Source of the DNA: Actinomycetes bacterium
GTDB lineage: Bacteria; Actinomycetota; Thermoleophilia; BMS3ABIN01
DNA: 64,000 nucleotides
Reading direction: 5' to 3'
Assembly: GCA_021785935.1 (NCBI GenBank)
Contig: JAJYOG010000007.1
Location: 417 to 64,416, forward strand
Under the pieces are notes generated by a model. That model did not search any database. It saw nothing but the letters and a program-made list of their open reading frames with translations, and was not told the DNA's origin. Made by a program: the position numbers and the translations under genes. This document shows positions 17,757-28,135 of the stretch, piece after piece (within the stretch, counting starts at the first letter, position 1; the number at the start of each line of letters is the position of its first letter).

Positions 17757-18734
17757 TTAGTGCTGCCGAAGCTGGTCCAGCACGAGTTGCAGATCCCGCG
17801 GCAGAGGTGAAGATACGTCCACGATTTCACCTGTTGCCGGATGAGTGAAGCGCAGTCTCGCTGAGTGCAGGAACTGCCTACCCAGGCCCAGCTCGTCGCG
17901 CCGGCGTCCGTAGACCGAGTCGCCCGCGACCGAATGCCCGATTGAGGCCAGATGCACCCGGATCTGATGAGTCCTGCCTGTCTCCAGCCTGACTTCAAGA
18001 AGCGAATAACCTTGCGATCCTTTGCCCGTGGATGCTGCCAGCGCCTTGCCCGCTCCGCCCCGGCCGCTCCAGCTCTCCATCACCCTGAAATGGGTCACCG
18101 CATCTCTCCCGCCCCGGCGGGTAACGGCCATCTGCTGACGCTCATGGGAGTCACGGCCCAGCGGCGCTTCGATCGTGCCTTCCCTGGTCGCAAACTGGCC
18201 ATGGACAAGGCAGAAATAGGTGCGCTCGATTTTGTGCCGGGAAAGTGCCTGGGAAAGATGCCTGTGGGTGTCATCATCCTTCGCCACGATGAGAAGGCCG
18301 GAGGTGTCCTTGTCCAGGCGGTGGATGATGCCGGGCCGCTGGGGATTTTCGCCGCCGGCGATACTGCGCCCGAGCAGGCCGTGGACCAGGGTGCCGGTTG
18401 CGTGGCCTTTGGCCGGATGGGTGACGATTCCCGCAGGTTTATCCACGACCAGAAGATTATCGTCCTCGTACGGTACGGTGAGGTCCATCTCTTCCGGCTC
18501 GAGGGTGGATAGCTCCGGGGGCGGTATCCGCACTTCGATAAGCTCCCCGTGATCCACGCGGTAGTTCTTTTTGCGCTCCGCGCCATCCACCGAAACCAGG
18601 CCGGAGGTGATGAGCCGCTGTGCTTCAGCGCGCGAGCCGATCTGCGGTTGGTCCGCCAGCAATATGTCGAGCCGCTTGCCGGCGTCTCCCCGATCGACTG
18701 TGAGGACGAGCGCTTCGTCGCTGGAGTCAGTCAT
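17757..18734 (-). CDS. rluD: RluD-family 23S rRNA pseudouridine synthase
   Basis: 325 aa. N-terminal S4 domain and catalytic motif HRLDKDTSGLLIVAKDD. Confidence 0.85.
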   Translation of the reverse strand: MTDSSDEALVLTVDRGDAGKRLDILLADQPQIGSRAEAQRLITSGLVSVDGAERKKNYRVDHGELIEVRIPPPELSTLEPEEMDLTVPYEDDNLLVVDKPAGIVTHPAKGHATGTLVHGLLGRSIAGGENPQRPGIIHRLDKDTSGLLIVAKDDDTHRHLSQALSRHKIERTYFCLVHGQFATREGTIEAPLGRDSHERQQMAVTRRGGRDAVTHFRVMESWSGRGGAGKALAASTGKGSQGYSLLEVRLETGRTHQIRVHLASIGHSVAGDSVYGRRRDELGLGRQFLHSARLRFTHPATGEIVDVSSPLPRDLQLVLDQLRQH

Positions 18735-19228
18735 GCCCTCTGATTTTCATGCCCCTCCCGTCCCTTCTTTTCCCCCAATTGCTGGAGGTCTGGCCAGAGT
18801 AGCAAACGCATCACCAGAAGTATCACACCGATAACGATAAGACTGTCGGCGAAATTGAATGCGGGCCAGTACTCCACGTGCAGAAAATCAGTGACGCTGC
18901 CATTGACGATGCGATCGATAAAATTGCCGACGCTGCCCGCGACCAGAAATGCCAACGGCCAGATGAGCCGCTTGTTATTGCGCACCAGAAAAGCCGCCAC
19001 GGCGATCGTGGCTACTATGACGAAGCTGACAAGCAGGATGATGTTACTGTGCGTATCCAGCATGCCGAAGGCGATTCCCCGGTTCTGAACATGTTCGAGA
19101 CGGAAGAAGGGTAGCAGCTGAATCAGCTCATGCGGATCCAGCCAACGGCGGACTACCACCTTTGAAATCTGGTCGATTGCCAGCAGAATCAGGATTATTG
19201 CCAGCATTTTGGTTGCGGGACGGCGCAA
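18731..19228 (-). CDS. lspA: Lipoprotein signal peptidase II
   Basis: 165 aa, 4 TM. LEHVQNRGIAFGM and FNFADSLIVIG motifs are typical of LspA. Confidence 0.85.
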   Translation of the reverse strand: MRRPATKMLAIILILLAIDQISKVVVRRWLDPHELIQLLPFFRLEHVQNRGIAFGMLDTHSNIILLVSFVIVATIAVAAFLVRNNKRLIWPLAFLVAGSVGNFIDRIVNGSVTDFLHVEYWPAFNFADSLIVIGVILLVMRLLLWPDLQQLGEKKGREGHENQRA

Positions 19229-19234
19229 GGAGCT

Positions 19235-19600
19235 TCAGCGTTTTTCCTGGCGCCGCTGGCACTCAACGCACATTGCAGCATAAGGTACGACTTCGAGGCG
19301 CTCACGTGGAATCTTGTTACCGCATGATTTGCAGATTCCGTAGGTGCCGCTATTTATGGCCTCAAGTGCATCTTCGACCCGCGTCAGCAGCAGCCGCACA
19401 TTTTCTTCCAGCGACATGTCCAGCTCCCGGCCGACTGCCAGCGTCGCTATTTCGGCGATGCGGTCGTCGTTGCTGGCTTCCCGGGCCAGCTCGAGCTGGG
19501 CTGTTTCCATATCCTCCTCAAGGCGAACCAAGTCACTCTGAAGTTTTTCGCGGATAGCCTCGAGCTTCTCTATCTGCTGTTTTGAAATTTCTGCGGACAT
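19235..19600 (-). CDS. DksA/TraR-family C4 zinc-finger protein
   Basis: 121 aa. Coiled-coil N-terminus and CKSCGNKIPRERLEVVPYAAMCVEC zinc finger. Confidence 0.75.
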   Translation of the reverse strand: MSAEISKQQIEKLEAIREKLQSDLVRLEEDMETAQLELAREASNDDRIAEIATLAVGRELDMSLEENVRLLLTRVEDALEAINSGTYGICKSCGNKIPRERLEVVPYAAMCVECQRRQEKR

Positions 19601-19673
19601 GAAAAACCTGCCATTTCCTCAACTGGATATAACTTTGCCTCGAGCCGGCACCGTAACGTGAGTCACATTTGGA

Positions 19674-19970
19674 TTATTCCTCTTGGAGGACGCCTTTTAA
19701 CCTTTTTTCTGCGTCCGCAACGCCAAGGCCTTCGAGCAGAACCGTTTTTTCGCGGGATTTCTCACCTTTCGTCAGAGATACCCGGTTTTTTTTCAGGCCC
19801 AGCTCACGGGCGATGAATCGTGTTAGCTCCTTATTAGCCTTGCCCTCGACCGGCGGCGCCTGCAGGCGAACGCGCAGCCGCCCGCCTGACTCGCCAGCAA
19901 TCTCGGTTTTCCTGGCGCCCGGAATTACCCGGACTTTGAGCAGCGTGCCGTCAGGCGTTTCGGTGAGCAC
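19674..19970 (-). CDS. DUF167 (YggU) family protein
   Basis: 98 aa. LKVRVIPGARKTEIAG...LRVRLQAPPVEGKANKEL is the DUF167 signature. Confidence 0.7.
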   Translation of the reverse strand: MLTETPDGTLLKVRVIPGARKTEIAGESGGRLRVRLQAPPVEGKANKELTRFIARELGLKKNRVSLTKGEKSREKTVLLEGLGVADAEKRLKGVLQEE

Positions 19971-19971
19971 C

Positions 19972-20745
19972 CTACCACTTGAACTTGTGATCGTCGGTGT
20001 CTATCTCGACATCGGCGAACGGGTCTTCTTCCTCCGAATTCTTGACCGCCGGCTCGAGCGGCGGGATGCGAACCGCGTCTTTCTCGACTTCTGGCTCGCC
20101 GGCGGCTTTTTCCGAGAGGCCGGCAATGGAAAAATCTTCAGCCGGCTCGGGCAAGTTGGCGTCTGATGCTACCGGTTCGCTCAGGATTTCACGGGAAACG
20201 GCGTCATCGATACCGGGAGGAGGAACCTCTTCCCCAGTGGCTATGGATTCGGCTGATTCGGACAGCGAAGAGAAATCTTCCGCCAGATCATCGACGGCGA
20301 TTTCTTCATCCTGCTCCAGGATGTTGGCGTACGAATCGATTACCGACTTCAGCTGGTAGCGCAGCTCTTCCTGCTTCTGCTTGAGGGCAGCGACGGACCG
20401 CTGGATCTTCTGCCTTTCAGCGTAGGAATCGTTGATGATCGTCCGCGACTTCAGCTCAGCGTCGCGCAGGATGAGATCCGATTCCTTCTTGGCGTTCTGT
20501 TTTTGCTCCTCAGCCTGCTGTTGTGCCGAGAGCAGGGTCTTCTTGAGGGTGTCCTCAATATTCCGGTACTGCTCGATCTTCTCCTCAAGAGATTCAAGCC
20601 TGTCCTTGTAATCAATGTTCTCGTTAAAAAGGCGCTCGAACTCATCGGCGATATCGTCGAGGAACTCGTCGACCTCCATGTCCTTGTAGCCCCGCATCGA
20701 GCGGGCAAATTCCTTGTGCCTGATGTCCAGAGGCGTAAGTCTCAT
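19972..20745 (-). CDS. divIVA: DivIVA-domain cell-division protein
   Basis: 257 aa. N-terminal MRLTPLDIRHKEFARSMRGYKDMEVDEFLD is the DivIVA lipid-binding domain, followed by coiled coil and an acidic tail. Confidence 0.8.
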   Translation of the reverse strand: MRLTPLDIRHKEFARSMRGYKDMEVDEFLDDIADEFERLFNENIDYKDRLESLEEKIEQYRNIEDTLKKTLLSAQQQAEEQKQNAKKESDLILRDAELKSRTIINDSYAERQKIQRSVAALKQKQEELRYQLKSVIDSYANILEQDEEIAVDDLAEDFSSLSESAESIATGEEVPPPGIDDAVSREILSEPVASDANLPEPAEDFSIAGLSEKAAGEPEVEKDAVRIPPLEPAVKNSEEEDPFADVEIDTDDHKFKW

Positions 20746-20868
20746 CTGTTTTTCCTCCCTGTTTGAGTGATTTTACAGAGTGCTTACCAGTGGTCTGGAT
20801 TGAAGTCGTTTTTACCTGTTTATCTCCCTTCTCCCTGTGGCGCCGGAATCCTTCCGTCCGGCCCGGGG

Positions 20869-21645
20869 CTATCCCTTTACCCTGCGCAAAACTGCCATCG
20901 GCGTCTGTTCCTCGCCCTGGCCGAGTGGATTGTCGCTAAAAGCTTTCGCCACCAGCGCCGGATCGACCCCCGCGGCGCCAAGAATGTTGACCCCGAGGTC
21001 GTTGGCGTCAATTATTGCGACCGCGCGGCCGCCGAGCGCCGCCGAGATTTCCGCGGCCGATCCCTGCGCATTGCTGGGGCCGAGAGTAACACTGTGATTA
21101 TACGGCGGGATGGTCCCTTCCGTCGGCCCGTCAATGGCGGCCACTTTCGGGCCTGCTATACGGTAAAATACCCCTTTCTTACCAAAAGGCTTGGTGACGG
21201 CGCTGGCGAAAGCCGCGGCAAAGATGCGCGGTGCTCCCGCTTCCCGCAAGGCGAACTCCATAGTCCAGGGGCTGCCGATGCCAATGCCGTGCGGCGTCTT
21301 GGTTACGAATTTCGACATGAAGGCAGCCAGGCGCGTCGGCTGGATATCTTCCAACAGATAAGAACGTCCTTCACAGATAGCCACGATTTTTTCGCTGATT
21401 GCCAGGATATCATCCGGCTCCAGGTAAGGCGACGCATGCTCGCGGACCACGGCAACGATGTCGTCCTCCGCCGTCACCAAGTGTGAGTAAAGCGGGTAGC
21501 GGGCAAACCGCCCATCCGCCGTTTCGATCACAAGCTTCTTGCCGGGATTGGGATTACCGAACTGCCAGCCTGACTGCGAGTTACCCGTTTTCGAATCGGG
21601 ATCCGGCGCTTTATTTGTAGATATTTCGGACGGTGGTTCCATCAA
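20869..21645 (-). CDS. CofE-like (F420-0:gamma-glutamyl ligase family) protein
   Basis: 258 aa. DILAISEKIVAICEGR and AIIDANDLG match the CofE/FbiB-N ligase fold signatures. Start overlaps the asnB stop. Confidence 0.55.
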   Translation of the reverse strand: MMEPPSEISTNKAPDPDSKTGNSQSGWQFGNPNPGKKLVIETADGRFARYPLYSHLVTAEDDIVAVVREHASPYLEPDDILAISEKIVAICEGRSYLLEDIQPTRLAAFMSKFVTKTPHGIGIGSPWTMEFALREAGAPRIFAAAFASAVTKPFGKKGVFYRIAGPKVAAIDGPTEGTIPPYNHSVTLGPSNAQGSAAEISAALGGRAVAIIDANDLGVNILGAAGVDPALVAKAFSDNPLGQGEEQTPMAVLRRVKG

Positions 21646-23522
21646 TTTTCCAGATCTCCCTTTTTATCAAAATAGACCCGCAGCCACATTTCCAGGTTCA
21701 GGGCCCGCCAGATGGCCAGTGTCTCCCCGGCTTCACCCGCGCAGATGCGCTCAAAGGCTTCACGGATGGCGGCGGCGTTAAAGTAAGGCCTTGAGTTGAA
21801 GCTCCTGGAATTGAATATCTCCCTGACGATATCCTTTCGGGCGCAAAGCCAGGCCATCTCCGGCGTGGTGAATCCCACTTTCCAGCGCCGGCGGCGCACT
21901 TTCTCAGGCAGGATGCCGGTTAGCGCCTCCCTCATCACCCTTTTATTCCAGCCGCCCGCGATAATCGATGGCGGCGGCAACGTGAAAATATATTCCACCA
22001 ACCGCGGATCGAGAAACGGTACCCTCGATTCCACCGAAAAGGCCATGGAGTTTTTATCCTCATAGCGCAGGAGCGCCGGCAGGCTATGGACGAAGACATC
22101 CTCATACAGACGCCCGCGCAAGCTGCTGGCAGTGTGCCGGCAGCGGCTGTCCGGCTGGAACATCTCATAAAAACCGCTGGCAATCAAGGCGCGCGTCTCA
22201 ACATTGCGGCCCGGCTTAAAACGGTCGCTGATATATTTCCTGAAGAACGGCAGGGTTACATCACGCGCCGCCAGCATCTCCTTCACCAGCGTAATATAGC
22301 GATGCTCGGCCTTCATCTGCTGGAAATAGACGAAGAAATAAGGCGTGTAGCCTGCCATCAGCTCGTCAGCCCCCTGGCCGTCGATCACTACCTTCACCTT
22401 GCGGGCAACGTCGCGCATGACGCACCATTGCGCATAAGGACCCGTACTGACAAACGGCTCCTCCTGGTAATAAACAAACTTCTCCAGCTCTTCGAAAAAT
22501 TCGTCATGATCCGGCTGGATAAAATTTCCTTCGGCATCGGTAACGTCGAGCACGGATTCGATATATTTGGTCTCATCCAGGTGTTCCCCCGGATAGACCG
22601 CGGAAAAAGTCTTGAGATGGTCCCCAATTGCCGCCGATTCAGGAACGCTTTTTTTCAGGAGCCGGTCCATGATGCAGACGATCGCCGACGAATCGAGGCC
22701 GCCGCTGAGGCAGGAACCCACGGGCACATCGCTGATTAGCCGCCTCTGCACTGAATCTTCCAGCAAATCACCGAATTCGCGCGCATGCCGCTGAAACTCG
22801 CCGGTGGCGTCGCCACGTGGATCGTCACGCCCGTTTATGTCCCAGTACCGCTCGGTGCGGACGCCGGTTTCATCCACGACCATATAATGCGCCGCTGGCA
22901 CTTTCATTATCCCCTTGAAGAAGGTTTCGGGGCGGTGCTCGTGCCATCCGTACATCATGTATTCGTAGACGATCTCATCATTAGGCTCCGGCTTGATGCC
23001 TGGCCCTTCCAGGAGCGCCTTGATCTCGGAGGCAAAAAGGAAGCTGGAGACGCCAGGCGCGCCGGGCGCGCCGGGCGCGAAATGATAATAGAGCGGTTTG
23101 ATGCCGAAGTGGTCACGGGCAAGAAAGAGGCTGCGGCGCGAACGGTCGAGAATTGCCAGCGCGAACATGCCGTTGAAGCGCTGGACGCACTTTTCGCCGT
23201 ATTCCTCGTAGGCATGGAGCAAGACCTCGGTATCTGTCCTGGTGTAGAAGTGATGGCCCAGCCCCTCTAGCTCCTCACGCAGCTCGCGGTAGTTGTAGAC
23301 CTCGCCGTTGTAGACGATCCAGAGGGTTTCATCCTCATTATGAATCGGCTGGTGGCCTGTTTCGAGGTCGATGATTGAGAGCCGGCGATGCCCAATGGAA
23401 AGACCGCCCTCACTGAATCTGCCCTCGTCGTCTGGCCCCCGATGCACAAGAGCCTTCAACATCCGGTCCAGGAGGTAGTCGTCCTTGAAGCCGCTAAAAC
23501 CGCAGATGCCGCACAATATCAA
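21642..23522 (-). CDS. asnB: Asparagine synthase (glutamine-hydrolysing), class-II GATase plus ATP-PPase domains
   Basis: 626 aa. N-terminal MCGI (Ntn-Cys) and SGGLDSS PP-loop motif. Confidence 0.85.
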   Translation of the reverse strand: MILCGICGFSGFKDDYLLDRMLKALVHRGPDDEGRFSEGGLSIGHRRLSIIDLETGHQPIHNEDETLWIVYNGEVYNYRELREELEGLGHHFYTRTDTEVLLHAYEEYGEKCVQRFNGMFALAILDRSRRSLFLARDHFGIKPLYYHFAPGAPGAPGVSSFLFASEIKALLEGPGIKPEPNDEIVYEYMMYGWHEHRPETFFKGIMKVPAAHYMVVDETGVRTERYWDINGRDDPRGDATGEFQRHAREFGDLLEDSVQRRLISDVPVGSCLSGGLDSSAIVCIMDRLLKKSVPESAAIGDHLKTFSAVYPGEHLDETKYIESVLDVTDAEGNFIQPDHDEFFEELEKFVYYQEEPFVSTGPYAQWCVMRDVARKVKVVIDGQGADELMAGYTPYFFVYFQQMKAEHRYITLVKEMLAARDVTLPFFRKYISDRFKPGRNVETRALIASGFYEMFQPDSRCRHTASSLRGRLYEDVFVHSLPALLRYEDKNSMAFSVESRVPFLDPRLVEYIFTLPPPSIIAGGWNKRVMREALTGILPEKVRRRRWKVGFTTPEMAWLCARKDIVREIFNSRSFNSRPYFNAAAIREAFERICAGEAGETLAIWRALNLEMWLRVYFDKKGDLEN

Positions 23523-23794
23523 TAACCCCGGATCAGGCTGTGGACAATGTTCTGGATGATCACCAGGGCGATCATACCGATGAAGGGGCTGAAATCGATG
23601 GCTCCCGTCCTGGGCAGAAAGCGGCGGAAGAGGCCCAGGTAAGGTTCGGTCACGTTGTAAACAAAGCGGAAGATCTCATAAAGGGGGCCGTGCGATGGCA
23701 ATCCCACCCAGCTGAAAATAACGCGCACGAAGATCAGGGCGTAGTAAATCCAGAAAAGGGCGTCAACAAAACTGAGGATTCCGGATCTGGACAT
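23519..23794 (-). CDS. yggT: YggT-family membrane protein
   Basis: 91 aa, 2 TM. Conserved position next to proC/sepF. Confidence 0.7.
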   Translation of the reverse strand: MSRSGILSFVDALFWIYYALIFVRVIFSWVGLPSHGPLYEIFRFVYNVTEPYLGLFRRFLPRTGAIDFSPFIGMIALVIIQNIVHSLIRGY

Positions 23795-23797
23795 GAC

Positions 23798-24604
23798 TTA
23801 ACCGAGTTCTTTGGCGCGTCCGACAGCGACCTGTACCGCTTCGATTACCGCCGACCTGACACCGTCGCGTTCGAGCTGCGCGATTCCAGAGGCGGTCGTG
23901 CCGGCCGGTGAAGTAACCTTGTGCCTGAGTTCGCTGGGTAGCAAACCCTGGTCCATGAGCAGCTTGGCAGTTCCGTAGAGCATTGTTACTGTCAGTTCGC
24001 GGGCAACCGGCACGGGCAGGCCGGCCATGATGCCGCCGTCGATAAAGGCGTCGGTTATGAGCGCCAGGAACCCCGGCCCGCTGCCGCCGATGGCGGTGGC
24101 GGCGCCAAACATTTTTTCGGAAAGGACGACGATCCGTCCCAGCGACCGGAAGAGCTCGATTACTTCTTCCTCGGTCTGTGGGTCAACATTATTACCGGAG
24201 ACAAAGCAGATGGTGCCGGCGTTGACTTCTACAGCCACATTTGGCATCAAGCGGACAACCGCGACTTCGACAGGAAAGATCGACTCAAGGGAAATAACAG
24301 TACGGCCGGCGGCTATCGATACCAGGATTTTGCCGCGGCCAAAGAGTTCAAGGGTGCCCTCGAGCGCGCTTTCGATATCCTGCGGTTTAACCGCGATCAC
24401 AACCAGGTCGGATTTCTCGACCAGTTCCTTGTTCGAGGAAGCCACCGCGACACCGGTCTCTTTCGCCAGCCGCTTGGCGGCGGCGGTCATGACGTCGGTT
24501 ACGGTGATCCGCTTCGCCATTTCCGGGTCAGCCTTGAGCCAACCCTTGACCATAGCCGAGCCCATGCTGCCGGAGCCTATGAGACCAATTCTCTGAACAC
24601 TCAT
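23798..24604 (-). CDS. proC: Pyrroline-5-carboxylate reductase
   Basis: 268 aa. IGLIGSGSMGSAM Rossmann motif and ProC C-terminal dimerisation domain. Confidence 0.85.
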   Translation of the reverse strand: MSVQRIGLIGSGSMGSAMVKGWLKADPEMAKRITVTDVMTAAAKRLAKETGVAVASSNKELVEKSDLVVIAVKPQDIESALEGTLELFGRGKILVSIAAGRTVISLESIFPVEVAVVRLMPNVAVEVNAGTICFVSGNNVDPQTEEEVIELFRSLGRIVVLSEKMFGAATAIGGSGPGFLALITDAFIDGGIMAGLPVPVARELTVTMLYGTAKLLMDQGLLPSELRHKVTSPAGTTASGIAQLERDGVRSAVIEAVQVAVGRAKELG

Positions 24605-25149
24605 GATTGATTAAAGAAGCCCTTCTCCATAAGACGCGCCCTCTCCTCGGCGGAAACGTCAACGTTCCGTGGGGTGAGCATAAATACCTTGTCCGCGACC
24701 CGCTGCATGCCGCCGTCGAGGGCGTATGTCAGGCCGCTGGAAAAATCGATCAGGCGTTTGGACAGCTCGGTGTCGGCGCCCTGCAGATTGAGAATAACAG
24801 GAATATCGGCCTTGAACTTGTCCGCCACCTGCTGCGCGTCGTTAAAGTTCTTGGGCAGAACCAGGTGCACGCTGACGTTCGCGGGAGAGGCCGCGGCCCT
24901 CAGCGGACGTACCCGCGACACCTTCCGTACGTTTTCCTCCGGATAGATGTCGTCGTAATCGACGCGGCGCTTGCGCGCGGAGCGGCTTATCTTGCGAACG
25001 TTGGGGCGCTCTTTATATGACTCCTCCAGCTCGCGGTGCGCCGCCAGATGCTCCTCCTCCTCATCAAAATCGTCCTTCTCTTCAAGGCTATCCTCGACCA
25101 GCCCGAAATATACCAGTGTCTTGTGCCATGCATTGCTGATGGCAATCAC
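24601..25149 (-). CDS. sepF: Cell division protein SepF
   Basis: 182 aa. C-terminal SepF domain (DIPVILNLQGADTELSKRLIDFSSG). Confidence 0.75.
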   Translation of the reverse strand: MIAISNAWHKTLVYFGLVEDSLEEKDDFDEEEEHLAAHRELEESYKERPNVRKISRSARKRRVDYDDIYPEENVRKVSRVRPLRAAASPANVSVHLVLPKNFNDAQQVADKFKADIPVILNLQGADTELSKRLIDFSSGLTYALDGGMQRVADKVFMLTPRNVDVSAEERARLMEKGFFNQS

Positions 25150-25288
25150 CTCCAGTAGTGATAGAGAGTCGAATCTATTTTTCTTCGCCCGGCCCGCTAT
25201 CCCTTTAGTGTTGCTTTAAGGTTTCGCTTACCGGCGGCGGCTTTACGCGTTGATACTGGGTCATGCCGGTCCCGCCGCCATACAAAAA

Positions 25289-25999
25289 CTAGCCAAAAAC
25301 TGCGTTGCCGACCCTGATTATGGTCGCCCCCTCCTCAACCGCCACGACATAGTCATTACTGGTTCCCATGGAAAGATGCTGGAAATGTCGATGACTGTCG
25401 TTCCATTTTTGATTTAGTTTGGATGACAGACGGCGAAGAGCCGCAAAGTAGGGCCTGACGGCTTCGGGGTCGGCCGCCATCGGCGGCATGGTCATGAGGC
25501 CGGTGAAGTTCACCTTCGGGAATTGCGATGCCTCCTCAAGAAATCGGTCAACTTCGGATGGAATGATACCATACTTGCCCGCTTCTTCGCCAACGTTGAC
25601 CTCGAGGAGCACATCTGTTGCCTTTTCGGCGCGGCGGTCGATTTCGCGCACCGTCGAAATCGTTTCTACCGAGTGAATCAGACGAACCAGGGGCAGCACC
25701 TGGCGCACCTTGTTGCTCTGCAGGTGGCCGATAAAGTCCCAGGTAAAGCGGTCCTTGTAGAGGGCATGTTTCGCGGTCAGGTCCTGGGCGCGGTTCTCGC
25801 CCACCAGGCTGATTCCGGCTGCGGCCAGTGCCTCCATGCCCTCGATCGTTATGTATTTTGTGGCGACGAGAATCTCGACTTCCTCCGGCTTACGGCTGGC
25901 CCGGCGGCATGCGGACGCAACCTCATCCTTTACTCGAGAGAAATTCTCACGGATCATGTCGGGGTCGATGGTTTCGGGTGCGCGGGTAGCCCGTTTCAT
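25289..25999 (-). CDS. yggS: YggS-family PLP-binding protein (PLP homeostasis)
   Basis: 236 aa. TIM-barrel alanine-racemase-N-like with the HxIGxLQSNK motif (IGHLQSNKV). Confidence 0.85.
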   Translation of the reverse strand: MKRATRAPETIDPDMIRENFSRVKDEVASACRRASRKPEEVEILVATKYITIEGMEALAAAGISLVGENRAQDLTAKHALYKDRFTWDFIGHLQSNKVRQVLPLVRLIHSVETISTVREIDRRAEKATDVLLEVNVGEEAGKYGIIPSEVDRFLEEASQFPKVNFTGLMTMPPMAADPEAVRPYFAALRRLSSKLNQKWNDSHRHFQHLSMGTSNDYVVAVEEGATIIRVGNAVFG

Positions 26000-26012
26000 T
26001 TTTTCGTCCGTT

Positions 26013-26921
26013 TCATTTCGAGATCCAGGCTATGGCTCCGTGGCGTCCGGTAACGCCCTCGCGACGGTAGGAATAGAAATCATCGCTGCAGGAAGTGCAG
26101 ATATCAAGCAGGTGGATTCTCTCAGCTATGACGCCGCTGGCCTTGAGGTCGGCAATAGCCGCGGCGGCCAGGTCGAGGTTGGCGCCATCCACAACGACAT
26201 CGCCGCCAAAGCGCTTGCGGAAGCCATGGGTTTTCATCTCCCCGACTTCATAACAGCAGGGAGCGATGGCTGGTCCCAGCGCGGCGACGATCGAGCCGCG
26301 CTCTACACCCAGATTCTCAACCATGGCCTTGACGCCGTTGGCGACGACGCCTTCCTCCAACCCTTGCCTGCCGGCATGGAGAACACCGATCGCCGGCTTG
26401 CCCCCGGCCCTACCCGCCAGCACAACGGGCAGGCAATCTGCGAAATGCAGCAGGATGGGAGCGTTTTCCATGGTGGTCACCAGTCCGTCACATGGATCAA
26501 AAACGGATTCATCGGTATGGGCGCCGCTGCCCACCTGCTCTTCGCGGTCAAGCACGCTGACAATTCCGGTATGCCGCTGTCTCGGACAGGTGAGCCGCGA
26601 CGGATCGAGTCCTAGCCCGCGCGCGAACCGCATGCGGTTCCTGTCGACGGCCGCCGGGTCGTCGCCCACGTGAAAACCCAGATTCATCGAATTATAGGGA
26701 GATTTGCTGACGCCAAATTTTCGCCTATTGGAAAAAAATATTTTGACCCCGGGCGGGGCCTTGGCGAAATCCCACAAGGTTCCGCCGGCCTCCTTGTCAC
26801 GTAAACTGTATTTTCTGTAAGCCTCAAGCACGCCGAACCTGGCGATTCCCGGAACAGTCTGCTTGAAGGAGCCGTGGCCCCTGACGCCAGCGTAGATGTT
26901 TGTGTTTTTATGTCTGGCCAT
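26013..26921 (-). CDS. pgeF: PgeF/YfiH (DUF152, laccase-domain) protein; start probably internal to the ORF
   Basis: 302-aa ORF. The conserved family N-terminus (...SPYNSMNLGFHVGDD) begins about 70 aa into the ORF. Confidence 0.7.
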   Translation of the reverse strand: MARHKNTNIYAGVRGHGSFKQTVPGIARFGVLEAYRKYSLRDKEAGGTLWDFAKAPPGVKIFFSNRRKFGVSKSPYNSMNLGFHVGDDPAAVDRNRMRFARGLGLDPSRLTCPRQRHTGIVSVLDREEQVGSGAHTDESVFDPCDGLVTTMENAPILLHFADCLPVVLAGRAGGKPAIGVLHAGRQGLEEGVVANGVKAMVENLGVERGSIVAALGPAIAPCCYEVGEMKTHGFRKRFGGDVVVDGANLDLAAAAIADLKASGVIAERIHLLDICTSCSDDFYSYRREGVTGRHGAIAWISK

Positions 26922-26940
26922 CTGTCTGCCTTAATAGCTA

Positions 26941-26965
26941 GGGGCGGGCCCGAAGGGCCCGCCCC
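26941..26965 (-). terminator. GC-rich hairpin GGGGCGGGCCC-GAA-GGGCCCGCCCC downstream of ftsZ (end of dcw cluster)
   Basis: Perfect 11-bp stem read directly, 50 nt after the ftsZ stop. The T-tract is weak on the minus strand, so this is only moderately confident as a terminator. Confidence 0.4.
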
Positions 26966-27014
26966 ATCTCTTTTGATCAAGCCTCCGGCTCTTATTTTCT
27001 CTGCCGGAATTGCC

Positions 27015-28115
27015 CTAGTCTTTATCCCTCAAAAAGGTCGGGATATCAAGGACGTCCTCGCCGACATCAAAGTCAGGTACGTCTTCGGCGTCCCTGCGGG
27101 GAGACTCCGACGGACCCTTGGTGATGATGGTGTTGTCACGCGTCCTGGCGACCCTTCCCTGCTGCACCTGCCGGTCGAAGCCAGTGGCGATGACCGTCAC
27201 CTTGACCTCGTCCTTGATGCTCTCGTCGATGACCGCACCAAAGATGATGTTGCAATTAGAGTCGGCGGCGCTGGAGATAACCTCCGCCGCTTCATTGACT
27301 TCAAACAGTCCCAGGTCGGATCCACCGGTGATATTGAGCAGAATACCGGTCGCACCCTCAACCGATGCTTCCAGCAACGGTGAAGAGATCGCGGCTTTGG
27401 CCGACTCAGAAGCACGATTCTCGCCGCTGGCGACACCGATGCCCATCAGTGCCGAACCGGCGTCCTTCATAATGGCCTTGACATCGGCGAAGTCGAGGTT
27501 GATGAGGCCTGGAACCGTGATCAGATCCGTAATGCCCTGGACGCCCTGTCTGAGCACGTCGTCAGCAACCTTGAATGCGTCAATGATGGAAGTGCGTTTC
27601 TCCACGACCTGGAGCAACCGGTCGTTGGGGATAATGATAACGGTGTCGACCTTCTCGCGCAGCATCCGGATGCCTTCCTCGGCCTGGTCGCTGCGACGCT
27701 TGCCTTCAAATGAGAACGGCCGCGTAACGACGCCGACGGTCAGCGCCCCCAGCTCTTTGGCGATCTCCGCGATTACCGGAGCGGCGCCCGTGCCGGTGCC
27801 ACCGCCTTTTCCGGCGGTGACGAACACCATGTCCGAGCCCTTGATGGCCTCGCGGATCTCGTCGCGGCTTTCTTCAGCTGCCTCTCTGCCGACTTCAGGA
27901 TTGGCGCCGGCGCCAAGCCCTTGAGTGATCTTGCCGCCGATATGTAACTTGACATCGGCGTCACACATGAGCAGTGCCTGCGCGTCCGTATTGACGGCAA
28001 TAAATTCAACACCTTTCAGACCTGCGTCAACCATGCGATTGACCGCGTTGGTGCCCCCGCCGCCTACCCCCACGACTCGTATTACTGCCAGGTAACTGCT
28101 ACCGGGATCTAGCAT
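27015..28115 (-). CDS. ftsZ: Cell division GTPase FtsZ
   Basis: GGGTGTG tubulin signature. Start placed at [21 protein letters not shown] (ATG 28113-28115, GGAGG 9 nt upstream) rather than the longer ORF start at 28163. Confidence 0.9.
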   Translation of the reverse strand: MLDPGSSYLAVIRVVGVGGGGTNAVNRMVDAGLKGVEFIAVNTDAQALLMCDADVKLHIGGKITQGLGAGANPEVGREAAEESRDEIREAIKGSDMVFVTAGKGGGTGTGAAPVIAEIAKELGALTVGVVTRPFSFEGKRRSDQAEEGIRMLREKVDTVIIIPNDRLLQVVEKRTSIIDAFKVADDVLRQGVQGITDLITVPGLINLDFADVKAIMKDAGSALMGIGVASGENRASESAKAAISSPLLEASVEGATGILLNITGGSDLGLFEVNEAAEVISSAADSNCNIIFGAVIDESIKDEVKVTVIATGFDRQVQQGRVARTRDNTIITKGPSESPRRDAEDVPDFDVGEDVLDIPTFLRDKD

Positions 28116-28135
28116 ATTGTCAAAACCTCCAAGGT

